This document shows positions 38,974-48,952 of a stretch of DNA of 64,000 bases, piece by piece (position 1 is the first letter of the stretch; each line of letters starts with the position of its first letter). The DNA is taken from the NCBI GenBank assembly GCA_964403045.1, contig CAYOEP010000001.1, positions 9,009 through 73,008 of the forward strand, written 5' to 3'. Origin of the DNA: an uncultured Candidatus Saccharibacteria bacterium (GTDB taxonomy: Bacteria; Patescibacteriota; Minisyncoccia; UBA6257; 2-01-FULL-56-20). The notes under the pieces are model-generated. The model made no database searches and was not told the DNA's origin. It saw nothing but the letters and a program-made list of their open reading frames with translations. The translations under genes were made by a program, and so were the position numbers.

Positions 38974-39264
38974 ATGCGCAGGAGGAGGTTGGCGCTGTTT
39001 GGCGTGTGCGCGCTTGCGCTGGTTGCGGCGAGCTGTATGCCGACCCGGAATCCTGTTACCTTGCTCCCTAGCGGCACTGATGGAATCGCAGGATTTTGGG
39101 ATGGGCTGTGGCACGGGATTATCTCTCCTATCACGCTTTTCGCTTCAGTATTTTCGGACAAGGTGAGCATGTACAATATCTTCAACAATGGCTGGCACTA
39201 CGATGCCGGTTTTCTCATCGGCATGTGGCTTACCTTTATCTTTATGAGCGGAAAGGCTGAGTAG
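38974..39264 (+). CDS. Small lipoprotein (hypothetical)
   Basis: SD AAAGGAGGTG upstream and a lipobox (LALVAAS-C) after a basic N-terminus. Confidence 0.6.
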   Translation: MRRRRLALFGVCALALVAASCMPTRNPVTLLPSGTDGIAGFWDGLWHGIISPITLFASVFSDKVSMYNIFNNGWHYDAGFLIGMWLTFIFMSGKAE

Positions 39265-39332
39265 GTTGTTTGTTTCTATCACGCCCCTGTTGGGAAGCAG
39301 CAGGGGCGTTTGCACGCTTTTTGCTTTATGGA

Positions 39333-39388
39333 TGGTGCCGCGGGAGGGAATTGAACCCCCGACGCAAGGCTCTTCAGGCCTTCGCTCT
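39333..39388 (-). repeat. Partial tRNA-Phe copy (3' 56 nt), a direct repeat of 41464-41519
   Basis: The 56-nt run TGGTGCCGCGGGAGGGAATTGAACCCCCGACGCAAGGCTCTTCAGGCCTTCGCTCT is identical at both positions. This copy lacks the tRNA 5' half. Confidence 0.9.
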
Positions 39389-39389
39389 G

Positions 39390-41123
39390 CTATACATTGA
39401 GAGGCAGTGCTGCAAGCTTTACAGTAAGCCAAGGTATTGCAAGAAAGATAGTAGAAAAAAGGAAAAGGAAAGCCAATTTCTTCGCCACTCTGCGTCTTGG
39501 GCTAATCCACCAGACAGAATAGCGCGCCGTCTTCAGCTGATTAAAGAGTTCCTCATCCCCCTTCCTGATTTTTTTGAAGAAGAACGCGAGAATAAAAGCG
39601 AGAGGGATGACGAAATACAGAAGAATATACAAACCAATGTACAAAACTAGCTCCACATGACTATTACTTGGGGAGTGTATGATAAGTCTTGCCTCACGTG
39701 TTACGTTTTCCACCAGTTCCCACGAGAGAAGTTTACTTAGAATTTCAAGCGCGAGCACTGGAACTGTAATGAGATAAAGAGAAGCAGCGAGGCGCCGCCT
39801 CCAAATATATCCCTTTTCCCTAAGTGCGTTGGTGATTGAGGCAGCGCGCGGGTTTTGCTCTTTTGGCTTGATGAGGAGGGTAGTAGCTATAACTGTGCCT
39901 ATAATACTTACACAATTCGCCAGCCCTACGAGCGCAAGCGTGCGGGCGCCTTTTTTGTTGCGCAGCTCTCGGAATACGATCCATCCTCCTATCAAACTGG
40001 CGAGGACGGAAGAGAGAAAAAACAGGATGGAGCCAGATAGTATGGGGTGCTGGAAGAGAAACGAGGAATAGTGCACTCTGAAAGGTGCGCGAGGATCGAT
40101 CCATAAATCTTGAGTAAAAGCTCTTGAGGGAGCATAGATTTCAATTTTTGTGTAGGGAACTTCTGAAGGAGTAGTAGGAGCAAGATGTTTTCCTATGGAA
40201 GCTGTCTGATCAATAAAATAATTGACCTTGGTGTAGCGTCGAATCTCGTTGAAGGTTTCTGGAGTTCGGTAGCCGATGACACGGATGGTGGCAGGGATTT
40301 CTTTGTTTCCGTATGCGCTGGTAGGTAAGAGAGGGTAGTAAATTTTTGTGGTGGGGAAAGCAACAAGAACACTCCGTGAACGTGTGGTGCTCGGCGCAGT
40401 ATCAGATGCCGCAATCCAAGATACGACAAAGGTAAAATCCTTGCCGATGTAATGACTAAGAGCAGGGATGGTATTCTCCTCGATATGAAGACCCTTTTCA
40501 CGAAGGTATTGGTAGACCCCCCTTGCAGTTTTTGCAGTAATGACCTCAGCTGCAAGCCCACTTTTTTCAATGTGCTTGTAGGCGACGACATCTGTTGTAA
40601 TTGAAGGTATTGCAATTGAAGATAATGAAGCAGGAGCATCTGGGTAGTATAAAGGACCACTGTAATGAAGTCCCCAAAAGTTTCCCCATCCTCCGGCGAG
40701 AAAAATGGGGTAGAGCTGAGTTGCTGCCAAAAATCTTTTGATGGAAAAAAGTGCGAACTTTGCCTTTCCTGTAATCTCTTCCCCTCGCAGTTGTGGAAAA
40801 TTGCTCTTAAGATCAACAGTGACTTTCGTTGGCGGCGCGGGAACAGGAAAGATCCACACCGCATCTTCTCTTGATGCCTGTAAGTTGATACTAAGAAGCA
40901 TTTTTTCTATCCCATTCTCATAACCGATGAGAGCCTGCTGACTATATTCATCGGCATAAGTCCAGTCGCCCCATCTTTTTGGTTCGTTGAGGTAGGGAGA
41001 AACGATTTTAGAGGGGTACCTGATGACTATCCCATCTGCGAATGTATAAGAGGGAGCGAGTGTTAAAGCGAAGAGGGCGACCACGGTGACAGGAAGTAAA
41101 ATTGTTGCAAGGGGTATTTTCAT
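39390..41123 (-). CDS. Large membrane protein (signal peptide, ~330-aa extracytoplasmic domain, C-terminal multi-TM domain); hypothetical
   Basis: 577 aa. Its stop codon abuts the partial tRNA-Phe copy. It is the only gene between the two tRNA-Phe repeats. Confidence 0.5.
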   Translation of the reverse strand: MKIPLATILLPVTVVALFALTLAPSYTFADGIVIRYPSKIVSPYLNEPKRWGDWTYADEYSQQALIGYENGIEKMLLSINLQASREDAVWIFPVPAPPTKVTVDLKSNFPQLRGEEITGKAKFALFSIKRFLAATQLYPIFLAGGWGNFWGLHYSGPLYYPDAPASLSSIAIPSITTDVVAYKHIEKSGLAAEVITAKTARGVYQYLREKGLHIEENTIPALSHYIGKDFTFVVSWIAASDTAPSTTRSRSVLVAFPTTKIYYPLLPTSAYGNKEIPATIRVIGYRTPETFNEIRRYTKVNYFIDQTASIGKHLAPTTPSEVPYTKIEIYAPSRAFTQDLWIDPRAPFRVHYSSFLFQHPILSGSILFFLSSVLASLIGGWIVFRELRNKKGARTLALVGLANCVSIIGTVIATTLLIKPKEQNPRAASITNALREKGYIWRRRLAASLYLITVPVLALEILSKLLSWELVENVTREARLIIHSPSNSHVELVLYIGLYILLYFVIPLAFILAFFFKKIRKGDEELFNQLKTARYSVWWISPRRRVAKKLAFLFLFSTIFLAIPWLTVKLAALPLNV

Positions 41124-41463
41124 GTATAGAAAAAAGATCTTTTCCGGGTAGCTGATTTCTTGCTATTTTAGCACATTGCGTTGGTATTTTAGATGCAACG
41201 TACAGCTGAACACCTTAGCTTGGAGATTTGAATATGGCACTAGCTTCAACTTGGAAACTAGCAGTTTATGTAGCCTCCTGAACTTGAGGTTTTCCTGAAG
41301 AAAAGTGGCAACACGGCAACACCTGGATTGCCTCTAGTTTGAGAAGAGAGTGAATGAAGTGAACGCTCCCCGTGATATGTGATATAAGTAGGAGACTAAG
41401 GAATGCGAAGAGATAGATGCCACGGATTATGGGGCATGATGATGTGGAATAAGGAAGGGGGTA

Positions 41464-41540
41464 TGGTGCCGCGGGAGGGAATTGAACCCCCGACGCAAGG
41501 CTCTTCAGGCCTTCGCTCTACCACTGAGCTACCGCGGCAG
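41464..41540 (-). tRNA. tRNA-Phe (anticodon GAA)
   Basis: Acceptor GCCGCGG/CCGCGGC, D-loop AGTGGTAGA, anticodon stem AAGGC/GCCTT with loop CTGAAGA, T-loop TTCAATT, CCA encoded. Confidence 0.8.
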
Positions 41541-41589
41541 GAACTACCGGGTATAGCGTACTCGATTTTTTATTTCTGCGCAATATTTT

Positions 41590-42696
41590 TTACTGCTTTG
41601 TTGCGAGGCTGAGCAGGAGACGTCGCTCTTCCGGCTTCAGTGCTTTTACTACAAACCGATAGGTTGTGCCAAGAGAAAGGCGTTGCTTCATCTCGTCCAC
41701 ACTGCCGAATTCTGAAACATGGATAATGCCTTGAAGATCATGGGGAAGATCGATAACTGCTCCGAAGGGGTTAAATTTATAAACGACCCCTTCTACTTCA
41801 TCGCCATCCTTGAAGTACTCTGCCGCTTTCTCCCATGGATCTTCCATCAGCGCTTTGAAGGAGAGAAAGACTTTCCCGTTCCGGATATCAATAATTTTTG
41901 CTTTCCGCACCTCGTTGAGCTTTACGCTCTCCTTGGGATTGGTAATGAGTCGATGGTCTACTTCTGATACGTGCACGAGGCCCTCGATGGAAGGGTTGTC
42001 AACGAATTTCACAAACACGCCGAAATCGGCAATTCCCGACACCATCACATCAACATCTTGCCCCACTTCGTAGTGCTCGAGGAGCTCTTTGAGGTTTGGC
42101 ATCAGGGTTTCGCGTTCGGAAATAATCAGCTTTTTGCTGCGGGGGTTGACATCGATAATTTTGACGTTCAGTTCTTGACCCACGAACTCCTTAAGCGCTT
42201 CTGCAATTTTTTGGCGATCTCCCTGCTCGACGACAGGGTAGTGTTCGCTGGAAAGGCGAGAAACAGGGAGAAATGCCTTCAAGTCGAGCACATTCGCGAT
42301 AAGCCCTCCCGATGAGCTGCCGATGATTTTTGCTTTCACTATCTCGCCGCTTTCTTGGAGTTCTTTTGCTTGTTGCCACAAGCGCTGCTTGTCTGCCTCT
42401 GAGAGGGAAAGTTCCACATATCCTTCGTCATTTTCGATGCAAACCACTTTTGCGTGTACGGTGTCACCGGGCTTGAGGGATTTCAGGAGGTCTTTCGCGT
42501 TCTGCATCTCGATACCATAGACGATGCCAGTGCCAAGATTGCCGATGGCAAAGAACACGCGCCGTGGCTCCTTTTTTAAGAGCACGGCTTCCACAATGTC
42601 GTTTTCTTGAATGGGCTTGTACTTTTTGAGCGATTTTTTAAACCACTGATAGAACGGGTTTTGTGGCTTTTTTGCGGTAAGCGATGCCATCATCAT
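41590..42696 (-). CDS. rpsA: S1 RNA-binding domain protein (ribosomal protein S1-like, 4 S1 repeats)
   Basis: Repeated S1 modules (GDTVHAKVVCIENDEGYVELSLSE; GEIVKAKIIGSSSGGLIANV; GQELNVKIIDVNPRSKKLIISERE; GQDVDVMVSGIADFGVFVKF...). Confidence 0.7.
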   Translation of the reverse strand: MMMASLTAKKPQNPFYQWFKKSLKKYKPIQENDIVEAVLLKKEPRRVFFAIGNLGTGIVYGIEMQNAKDLLKSLKPGDTVHAKVVCIENDEGYVELSLSEADKQRLWQQAKELQESGEIVKAKIIGSSSGGLIANVLDLKAFLPVSRLSSEHYPVVEQGDRQKIAEALKEFVGQELNVKIIDVNPRSKKLIISERETLMPNLKELLEHYEVGQDVDVMVSGIADFGVFVKFVDNPSIEGLVHVSEVDHRLITNPKESVKLNEVRKAKIIDIRNGKVFLSFKALMEDPWEKAAEYFKDGDEVEGVVYKFNPFGAVIDLPHDLQGIIHVSEFGSVDEMKQRLSLGTTYRFVVKALKPEERRLLLSLATKQ

Positions 42697-42820
42697 AGAT
42701 TCCGTCCTGTGCTTTCAGTCATTGTGCACAGGAGACGAGAGGGATTATAGGAGAGCGGGGAGAAAAATGCAAGCATGCGAGAATTGCAGCAGAGCGGGAA
42801 ATAGCGTACAATGAGGCGGC

Positions 42821-43381
42821 ATGGTGGTGCAGTATTTTGGCGATGGCTATTTTCGTATTGCGAGCGGCGAGGCAACACTATTGATCGATCCCCCCGCTCG
42901 TGCGAGGGCAAAAGGCGGGGTGCGGCTTATAACAAAAATTGCCCCCGGATCATTTTTGCCTGTTGCTCGTGACGAAGTGCGGTTTCCCGGCGAATACGAG
43001 CTTGAAGGATGGGAAATCGAAGGAGTGTCACTCCAAGATGGCGCGTCGACAGTTTACGCCGTGCGCCGCGAGGATATCACAATGGGGATTTTTGGCGCAT
43101 TGCGGGAGACGCATCTCGGCGAGGTGATGGAAAAACTTGGCAGTATTGATATTCTTGTGTGCACGCTCCCGTCCGGGAAGGATGCTTCCTTTTCAGTTGC
43201 CGAGAAGGCGCTGAAAGCGCTCGAACCCCCGCTCGCGATTGTCGGCGCGGAGCCGCGCGAGGCATCCCGCATTATGGAAAAATTTAATTCGCGGGCGGAA
43301 CGGCTGGAGAAGGTAACGGTAAAAAGGAAAGATCTTACAGAAGGGGAACGGCTCATCGTACTTACGCCGCTGGCAAAATAA
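42821..43381 (+). CDS. Metallo-beta-lactamase-fold hydrolase (UPF0173-like)
   Basis: [24 protein letters not shown]...[11 protein letters not shown] has the pattern of the short MBL-fold family. Confidence 0.55.
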   Translation: MVVQYFGDGYFRIASGEATLLIDPPARARAKGGVRLITKIAPGSFLPVARDEVRFPGEYELEGWEIEGVSLQDGASTVYAVRREDITMGIFGALRETHLGEVMEKLGSIDILVCTLPSGKDASFSVAEKALKALEPPLAIVGAEPREASRIMEKFNSRAERLEKVTVKRKDLTEGERLIVLTPLAK

Positions 43382-43383
43382 CT

Positions 43384-45810
43384 ATGGCACAAATTGAGAA
43401 GCGTCCCATCACGAATGAACTCAAGGAATCCTACCTCGATTACGCGATGTCGGTGATTGTGTCGCGCGCGCTCCCGGACGCGCGGGACGGCCTCAAACCG
43501 GTGCATCGGCGAATTCTTTGGGCGATGTGGGAGAGCGGGCTTACCCATAGCACGAAGTTTCGGAAATCTGCCAACGTGGTGGGAGAGACATTAGGAAAAT
43601 ACCACCCTCACGGCGATGCTGCGGTCTATGACGCGCTTGTGCGGATGGCGCAGGAATTTTCCATGCGCTACCCCATCATTGAGGGGCAGGGAAATTTTGG
43701 ATCGGTGGATGGCGATTCGGCCGCAGCAATGCGCTACACAGAGGTGCGCCTCGCAAAAATTGCCGAGGAGCTCCTGCGTGATATTGAGAAGGATACAGTA
43801 GATTGGCGCCCCAACTATGACGGAACTCGAAAGGAGCCGGTGGTGCTTCCCGCCAAATTGCCGCACCTCCTCTTAAACGGAACGCTGGGCATCGCGGTGG
43901 GGATGGCGACCAACATTCCGCCGCACAACTTGGCTGAACTGGTGGATGCAATTTTATACCTTGCTGACCATCCCAAGGCGACACATCAGGAATTGATGCG
44001 CATTATCCAGGGACCTGACTTTCCCACGGGAGGTCTGATTTTCAATCGCGAGGAAATTGTACGCGCATACGCTGAGGGACGCGGGACGATTACGATGCGC
44101 GCCCGCGTGGAGATGGAAGAGCGCAAAAAGAAGAGCGGCAGCTCAAGCTGGGCGATCGTGGTTACCGAGCTTCCCTATCAAGTCAACAAGGCAGAGCTCA
44201 TCGCCCGCATTGCCGCGCTGGTGCAGGAGAAAAAGATCGAAGGCATCCGTGACTTGCGCGATGAATCAGACAAGGAAGGCTTACGGGTAGTCATCGAGCT
44301 GAAGGGAGAGGTAGCGCCGCAGAAGGTGTTGAACTATCTCTACCGCCACACTGATCTTCAGCGGGATTTTCATATGAATCTTGTTGCACTCACTGACGGG
44401 CTCCAGCCGCAGCTGCTCTCCATTAAGGAAGCGCTCCAAATCTATCTTGATCATCGCAAGGAAGTAGTCCGCCGCCGCACACAGTTTGATCTTAACCGCG
44501 CGAAGGAGCGGGCACACATCCTTGAGGGGCTTGCGAAAGCACTCCACGCTATTGACAGAGTCATTGCAACCATTAAGAAAGCGAAAGACAAAGAGGACGC
44601 GCGCTCCAAGTTGGTGCGTCAATTTTCCCTGACTGAAGCGCAGGCAACAGCGATTCTTGAAATGCGTCTCCAGACGCTCGCCGCTCTTGAGCGGAAAAAG
44701 ATAGAAGATGAGCTAAAAGAGAAGAAAAAGCTTATCAAGGAACTGACATTAATCCTGAAAAGCCCCGCGCGTATGCTTGCCGTGATCAAAGGAGAGCTTC
44801 GGGAGCTGAAGGAGCAGTACGGCGATCCGCGGCGCACCAAGGTGGTGGCGCGCCCTGTCGCGACATTGACTGAGGAGGATTATGTGCAGGAAGAGGAGGT
44901 GGTGATTACGCTCTCTGCTGGTGGCTATATCAAGCGTATTGCGCCGGGGGCGTTTCGCAGTCAACGACGCGGAGGCAAAGGGTTAATTGGCTCTGATGTG
45001 GGTGACGAGGACTTTATCAGCCATTTTCTCTGCGCGCACACGCACGACCGCATTCTGTTCTTTACCGATCGCGGCAAAGTGTTTCAAGCAAGAGGCTATG
45101 AAATACCGCAAGGAAGCCGCACCGCGAAAGGAAAAGCAGTACACCACTTTCTTGAAATTGCACCCTCCGACCGTATCAGCGCGATTGTAAATGTAGGCAA
45201 GGAGGATGAGGCGAAATATCTTGTGATGGCAACGGAATCAGGGATGATCAAGAAAACTTCTCTCAACCAGTTTCGCAACATTCGCCGCACTGGCATTATG
45301 GCTATTGACTTGAAGAAAGGCGATGCGCTGCGCTGGGTGGGTACTTCCCGCGGCAACGATGAAATTCTCCTCATTACGCGGAAAGGGCAGGCAATTCGGT
45401 TCCGCGAGAGCCAGGTGCGGGCAACGGGACGGAACAGTGCAGGAGTACGTGCAATTCGCCTTAAACAGGGGGATAAAGTTATCGGCTTTGATATAATTCG
45501 AGAGAAGGACAGTGCGAAAGTGCTTACGGTTATGGAGAATGGATTTGCAAAACAAACTCCTCTTGCGCAGTACAAGCTGCAGCAACGGGGCGGGTTAGGG
45601 ATTAAGACTGCCAACATTACCGAGAAAACAGGAGAAATTGTGGCAGGGAGAATAGTCACGCAAGAGGAGGAAATCCTCGCCCTTTCCGCGAAGGGCCAAA
45701 TTATCAAGACGGCACTCGCGAGCGTGCGCACTACAAGTCGCGCCGCGCAAGGGGTGCGTATTATGCACCTCAAGAAAGGAGATTCTATCGCGGGGATCGT
45801 GGTAAGATAG
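43384..45810 (+). CDS. gyrA: DNA gyrase subunit A
   Basis: [34 protein letters not shown], the catalytic Tyr region [10 protein letters not shown], and C-terminal beta-pinwheel repeats. Confidence 0.95.
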   Translation: MAQIEKRPITNELKESYLDYAMSVIVSRALPDARDGLKPVHRRILWAMWESGLTHSTKFRKSANVVGETLGKYHPHGDAAVYDALVRMAQEFSMRYPIIEGQGNFGSVDGDSAAAMRYTEVRLAKIAEELLRDIEKDTVDWRPNYDGTRKEPVVLPAKLPHLLLNGTLGIAVGMATNIPPHNLAELVDAILYLADHPKATHQELMRIIQGPDFPTGGLIFNREEIVRAYAEGRGTITMRARVEMEERKKKSGSSSWAIVVTELPYQVNKAELIARIAALVQEKKIEGIRDLRDESDKEGLRVVIELKGEVAPQKVLNYLYRHTDLQRDFHMNLVALTDGLQPQLLSIKEALQIYLDHRKEVVRRRTQFDLNRAKERAHILEGLAKALHAIDRVIATIKKAKDKEDARSKLVRQFSLTEAQATAILEMRLQTLAALERKKIEDELKEKKKLIKELTLILKSPARMLAVIKGELRELKEQYGDPRRTKVVARPVATLTEEDYVQEEEVVITLSAGGYIKRIAPGAFRSQRRGGKGLIGSDVGDEDFISHFLCAHTHDRILFFTDRGKVFQARGYEIPQGSRTAKGKAVHHFLEIAPSDRISAIVNVGKEDEAKYLVMATESGMIKKTSLNQFRNIRRTGIMAIDLKKGDALRWVGTSRGNDEILLITRKGQAIRFRESQVRATGRNSAGVRAIRLKQGDKVIGFDIIREKDSAKVLTVMENGFAKQTPLAQYKLQQRGGLGIKTANITEKTGEIVAGRIVTQEEEILALSAKGQIIKTALASVRTTSRAAQGVRIMHLKKGDSIAGIVVR

Positions 45811-45817
45811 GAAGAGT

Positions 45818-47125
45818 ATGCCGTTTGGCTTAACACAAAAACAGCTCGCCATTGTGCTCATCGGGGCTATTCTAGTGGGAGGCATTGGCTTTTTCCTCTA
45901 CATTAACATGGGCGGTAAGCGTAATAGCAGCGGCGTGCCGGGAGGGGATGTTATCGAGTTAACAGCATGGGGCCCCTTTCCTGAAGCGATGCTTAAGGAC
46001 GCAATCGATAGTTTTGATGGCGCCAAAATTATCTACACCCAAATCGAACCTTCGAAGTATAAGAAGAAGCTTTTGGATGCGCTTGCGGCAGGCAAGGGGC
46101 CGGATATCTACATGGTGGATAGCCGCGCGCTTCCTCAAGAGCTGGAGAGGATTGTGTCTGCTCCCGGCGGGAAGATTACGCCGGTAGAAGTGCAGCAGCT
46201 TTTTCCCGATGTAGTAACGCACGATTTTGTATATGAGTCAGAAGATGGCACTCCAAATATTTACGGGCTCCCGCTCTACCTTGACACACTTGCCCTTGTC
46301 TACAACAAAGATATTTTCAACCAAGAAGCCGTCCTCCGTCCTCCTGCTACTTGGGAGGAATTCCAGCAGGTCGTGCAGCATCTTCGTAAACTTAATCAGT
46401 ACGGGCAAATTACCCGCGCCGCCGCCGCGATAGGGGGCTCAAAGAAAAGCATCGCAAACGCGGTGGATATTTTAAACCTCTTGATGCTGCAAAATGGCAC
46501 AAAATTTGTGGACGAAAAGACAGGACACGCGGTTTTTGCTGGAGGCAGGGCTGGGGAAGAGGCGTTGAACTTCTATCTTCAGTTTGGCAACGCGGGATCC
46601 CCCTACTACACCTGGAATGATCTGCAGGGCGACTTCCTCCAGCGGTTTGTGGACGGAAAAGTGGCGATGATTTTTGCCTATAAGTCGCAGGTAAACGACA
46701 TTCTCGCCCGCGCCCCGTTCCTCAATTTTGCAATTGCCCCTGTGCCGCAGCCGGAAGGGAGGGAAGTGGACGTCAACTATCCTTCCTATTGGGGACTTGT
46801 AGTCTCATCGCAAACGAGGGAGCCGGAGGTGGCATGGGACTTTGTAGTGCACGCGGCAACAGACGAGGACGCTGCACAAGCAAGAATTACCGCTACCAAC
46901 TTGCCCCCCGCACTCAAATCGCTCTATGAGCCTTTGCTGAATGATCCTAGCTACTACGCGTTCGTACAGGAGGCACTGACGGCGAAATCGTGGCACCAGC
47001 CGGATGAAGAGCTCGTGCAAGAGATATTTTCTACAGCAATGCAGCGTGTGCTTGCGGGGAAAACGGATGTGCAGGGGGCGCTGCAGGAGGCTGAGGAGAA
47101 ATTGAACGAGGAAGTACTACAATGA
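45818..47125 (+). CDS. ABC transporter extracellular solute-binding protein (family 1, sugar-type), membrane-anchored
   Basis: N-terminal TM anchor and an SBP_bac_1-like pattern (GPDIYMVDSRALPQE...MIFAYKSQVND). Confidence 0.7.
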   Translation: MPFGLTQKQLAIVLIGAILVGGIGFFLYINMGGKRNSSGVPGGDVIELTAWGPFPEAMLKDAIDSFDGAKIIYTQIEPSKYKKKLLDALAAGKGPDIYMVDSRALPQELERIVSAPGGKITPVEVQQLFPDVVTHDFVYESEDGTPNIYGLPLYLDTLALVYNKDIFNQEAVLRPPATWEEFQQVVQHLRKLNQYGQITRAAAAIGGSKKSIANAVDILNLLMLQNGTKFVDEKTGHAVFAGGRAGEEALNFYLQFGNAGSPYYTWNDLQGDFLQRFVDGKVAMIFAYKSQVNDILARAPFLNFAIAPVPQPEGREVDVNYPSYWGLVVSSQTREPEVAWDFVVHAATDEDAAQARITATNLPPALKSLYEPLLNDPSYYAFVQEALTAKSWHQPDEELVQEIFSTAMQRVLAGKTDVQGALQEAEEKLNEEVLQ

Positions 47126-47595
47126 AGATAATGCATAGCTGGAAAAAAAAGGTATTTCCGACCTTTGTCGCCCTCGCCACAGGAATTCTGGTTGCCCGCC
47201 CCGCGAGTGCCCACAGCATTGGGCTTCCGTACTGGCCTTCCAAGAGTAACCCAATCGTGCCGTGCAGTGCGTTGGGAACTGGTGGAAGGCCGGCTTGCAC
47301 CAGCTGGTGCGATCTTATTCACCTTGCCCAGCACGTGATTTATTTTCTGCTCACGCTTGCTATCTTTATCGTCGGACCGTTTATGATAGGGGTAGGAGGC
47401 ATTATGCTGATGATTTCGGCGGGCGCTCCGGAGCGGATGGCGCAGGGCAAGAAGGTGCTCACCGGTGCGGTAATTGGAATGCTGATCGGGCTGTTTTCCT
47501 ATCTCATCGTGGGTACCATTTTCTTCCTTATTGGGATAACATTTGGATGGAGGGGAAGCAACGGCAACTGGTCGTCAATACAATGTAGAGTATGA
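47122..47595 (+). CDS. TrbC/VirB2-like pilin paralog 1
   Basis: Signal peptide, a Cys-containing segment, and two TM helices around the motif ISAGAPERMAQGKKVLTGAVIGMLIGLFSYLIV. Confidence 0.6.
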   Translation: MKIMHSWKKKVFPTFVALATGILVARPASAHSIGLPYWPSKSNPIVPCSALGTGGRPACTSWCDLIHLAQHVIYFLLTLAIFIVGPFMIGVGGIMLMISAGAPERMAQGKKVLTGAVIGMLIGLFSYLIVGTIFFLIGITFGWRGSNGNWSSIQCRV

Positions 47596-47957
47596 GGAAG
47601 AATCTTTTTCAGTTGAGGTGGTGCCTATCGGTGTTCAGGAGCTATGTGTATTCGCTGGGCATAGTGAGTATTGTGCAAGCAGGCGGGTATGGGTATGGGT
47701 CCTTTAACCTGCCAAGCCCTATCGGCTGTGAGGATTTTGGCTGTGTGGCAGAGAAGATCGCGATTGCCCTAAGCTATCTCGCCGTGCCTATCCTTACGGT
47801 AATGGTGCTTGTGGGCGGCTACCAGATTATGTTTTCCGCGGGCAACCCAGAGAAACTCAAAGCAGGCAAGCGCACAATCCTCTATGCGGCGATTGGCTTC
47901 CTCGTGGTGCTCATTGCCCAGTCGGCACGGCTTATCATTATGAGTATTTTTACTTAA
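47592..47957 (+). CDS. TrbC/VirB2-like pilin paralog 2
   Basis: The motif MFSAGNPEKLKAGKRTILYAAIGFLVVLIAQS lies between two TM helices. The start overlaps the previous stop. Confidence 0.6.
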   Translation: MRKNLFQLRWCLSVFRSYVYSLGIVSIVQAGGYGYGSFNLPSPIGCEDFGCVAEKIAIALSYLAVPILTVMVLVGGYQIMFSAGNPEKLKAGKRTILYAAIGFLVVLIAQSARLIIMSIFT

Positions 47958-48023
47958 TATGGTACAATAAAGAACGTGCATGTGGACATCGAAAGGTCGT
48001 TTATTTAAAATGAGGGCGAGTGC

Positions 48024-48443
48024 ATGAGACTAAGCAAAGAAAAATTTATAGGAATCTTTCGAGAAGGTGTAATAAAAGTAATTGTTCCAGTTACAATTAC
48101 TGTAGCAGGGCTTTGGCGAGCGCCTCTTGCTTATGGCCTACTAGCAGTGCGCAATGATGCGCCGCAGCTTAAAGTGCGGGACTGGAAAGGTATAGAAACT
48201 ATGCTTTGTAACTTTGCGGATACAATGGCGGTGCTCTTCTTTGTGGTTGCTGTAGTGTTTACATTAGTTGCGGCATATCAGTATCTTGTATCAGGGGGTG
48301 ATACCGAGAAAGTTAAGAAGGCGTCCAAGACTCTCACATATACAGCAGTAGCGGTAGTGGTGGCGTTGTTGGCGTTCGCATTTCCACGAATAGTCTTTTC
48401 TATTTTTGGGGGTGGTAGAATGAATGATGCGTGTGCGAGTTAA
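48024..48443 (+). CDS. TrbC/VirB2-like pilin paralog 3
   Basis: YQYLVSGGDTEKVKKASKTLTYTAVAVVVALLAFAF. Confidence 0.55.
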   Translation: MRLSKEKFIGIFREGVIKVIVPVTITVAGLWRAPLAYGLLAVRNDAPQLKVRDWKGIETMLCNFADTMAVLFFVVAVVFTLVAAYQYLVSGGDTEKVKKASKTLTYTAVAVVVALLAFAFPRIVFSIFGGGRMNDACAS

Positions 48444-48484
48444 CTTATATCAGTATAAATTGAGATCAAAGGTCGAAAAAGTGT

Positions 48485-48868
48485 GTGCAGCAAAAAACTA
48501 TGCGTAAGGTTGTAAAAGGGATGGCAAGTATCGCAGCGTTAGTAGTTCCGGTAGTAGCGCTCGCGGCTGGGAATGCAGGCGGGCCTAACCCTGTTCCTGA
48601 CTCTCCCATCAAAACCATTTCAGGTGCGCTCCAGCTTCTCTGTAGGATTTTTGCGTGGCTGTTTACCTTCTTCATCGTCATTGCCGTCATCTTCGTGTTG
48701 CTTGCTGCGTGGAAGTATCTCACTGCGGCAGGTGATGCGGACAAGGTGAAGTCAGCGAACCAGAGCTTGATTTATGCCGCGGTTGCGGTTGGCGTGGCGC
48801 TTATCGCAAAGGGAGTCCCCACGATTGTGTCTACATTGATGGGCGGGCAGGACATTACTGCCTGCTGA
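48485..48868 (+). CDS. TrbC/VirB2-like pilin paralog 4
   Basis: Signal peptide (ASIAALVVPVVALAAG) and the motif WKYLTAAGDADKVKSANQSLIYAAVAVGVALIAKG. Confidence 0.6.
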   Translation: MQQKTMRKVVKGMASIAALVVPVVALAAGNAGGPNPVPDSPIKTISGALQLLCRIFAWLFTFFIVIAVIFVLLAAWKYLTAAGDADKVKSANQSLIYAAVAVGVALIAKGVPTIVSTLMGGQDITAC

Positions 48869-48906
48869 TAATTCCTATAGCGAGGACTTGCCTCTAAGTC
48901 TAGATA

Positions 48907-48948
48907 GAAATTTAAAGCCCCCGGCACGTGTTGTGTTGGGGGCTTTGA
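48907..48948. terminator. Bidirectional intrinsic terminator between the pilin array and the convergent GC-rich block
   Basis: AAAGCCCCC-ggcacgtgttgtgtt-GGGGGCTTT with T-runs on both sides. Confidence 0.7.
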
Positions 48949-48952
48949 GGTT

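Noticed and set aside
39270-39650. 126-aa plus-strand ORF
   Set aside because: Antisense to the C-terminus of the 577-aa membrane protein; it also overlaps the partial tRNA-Phe repeat.
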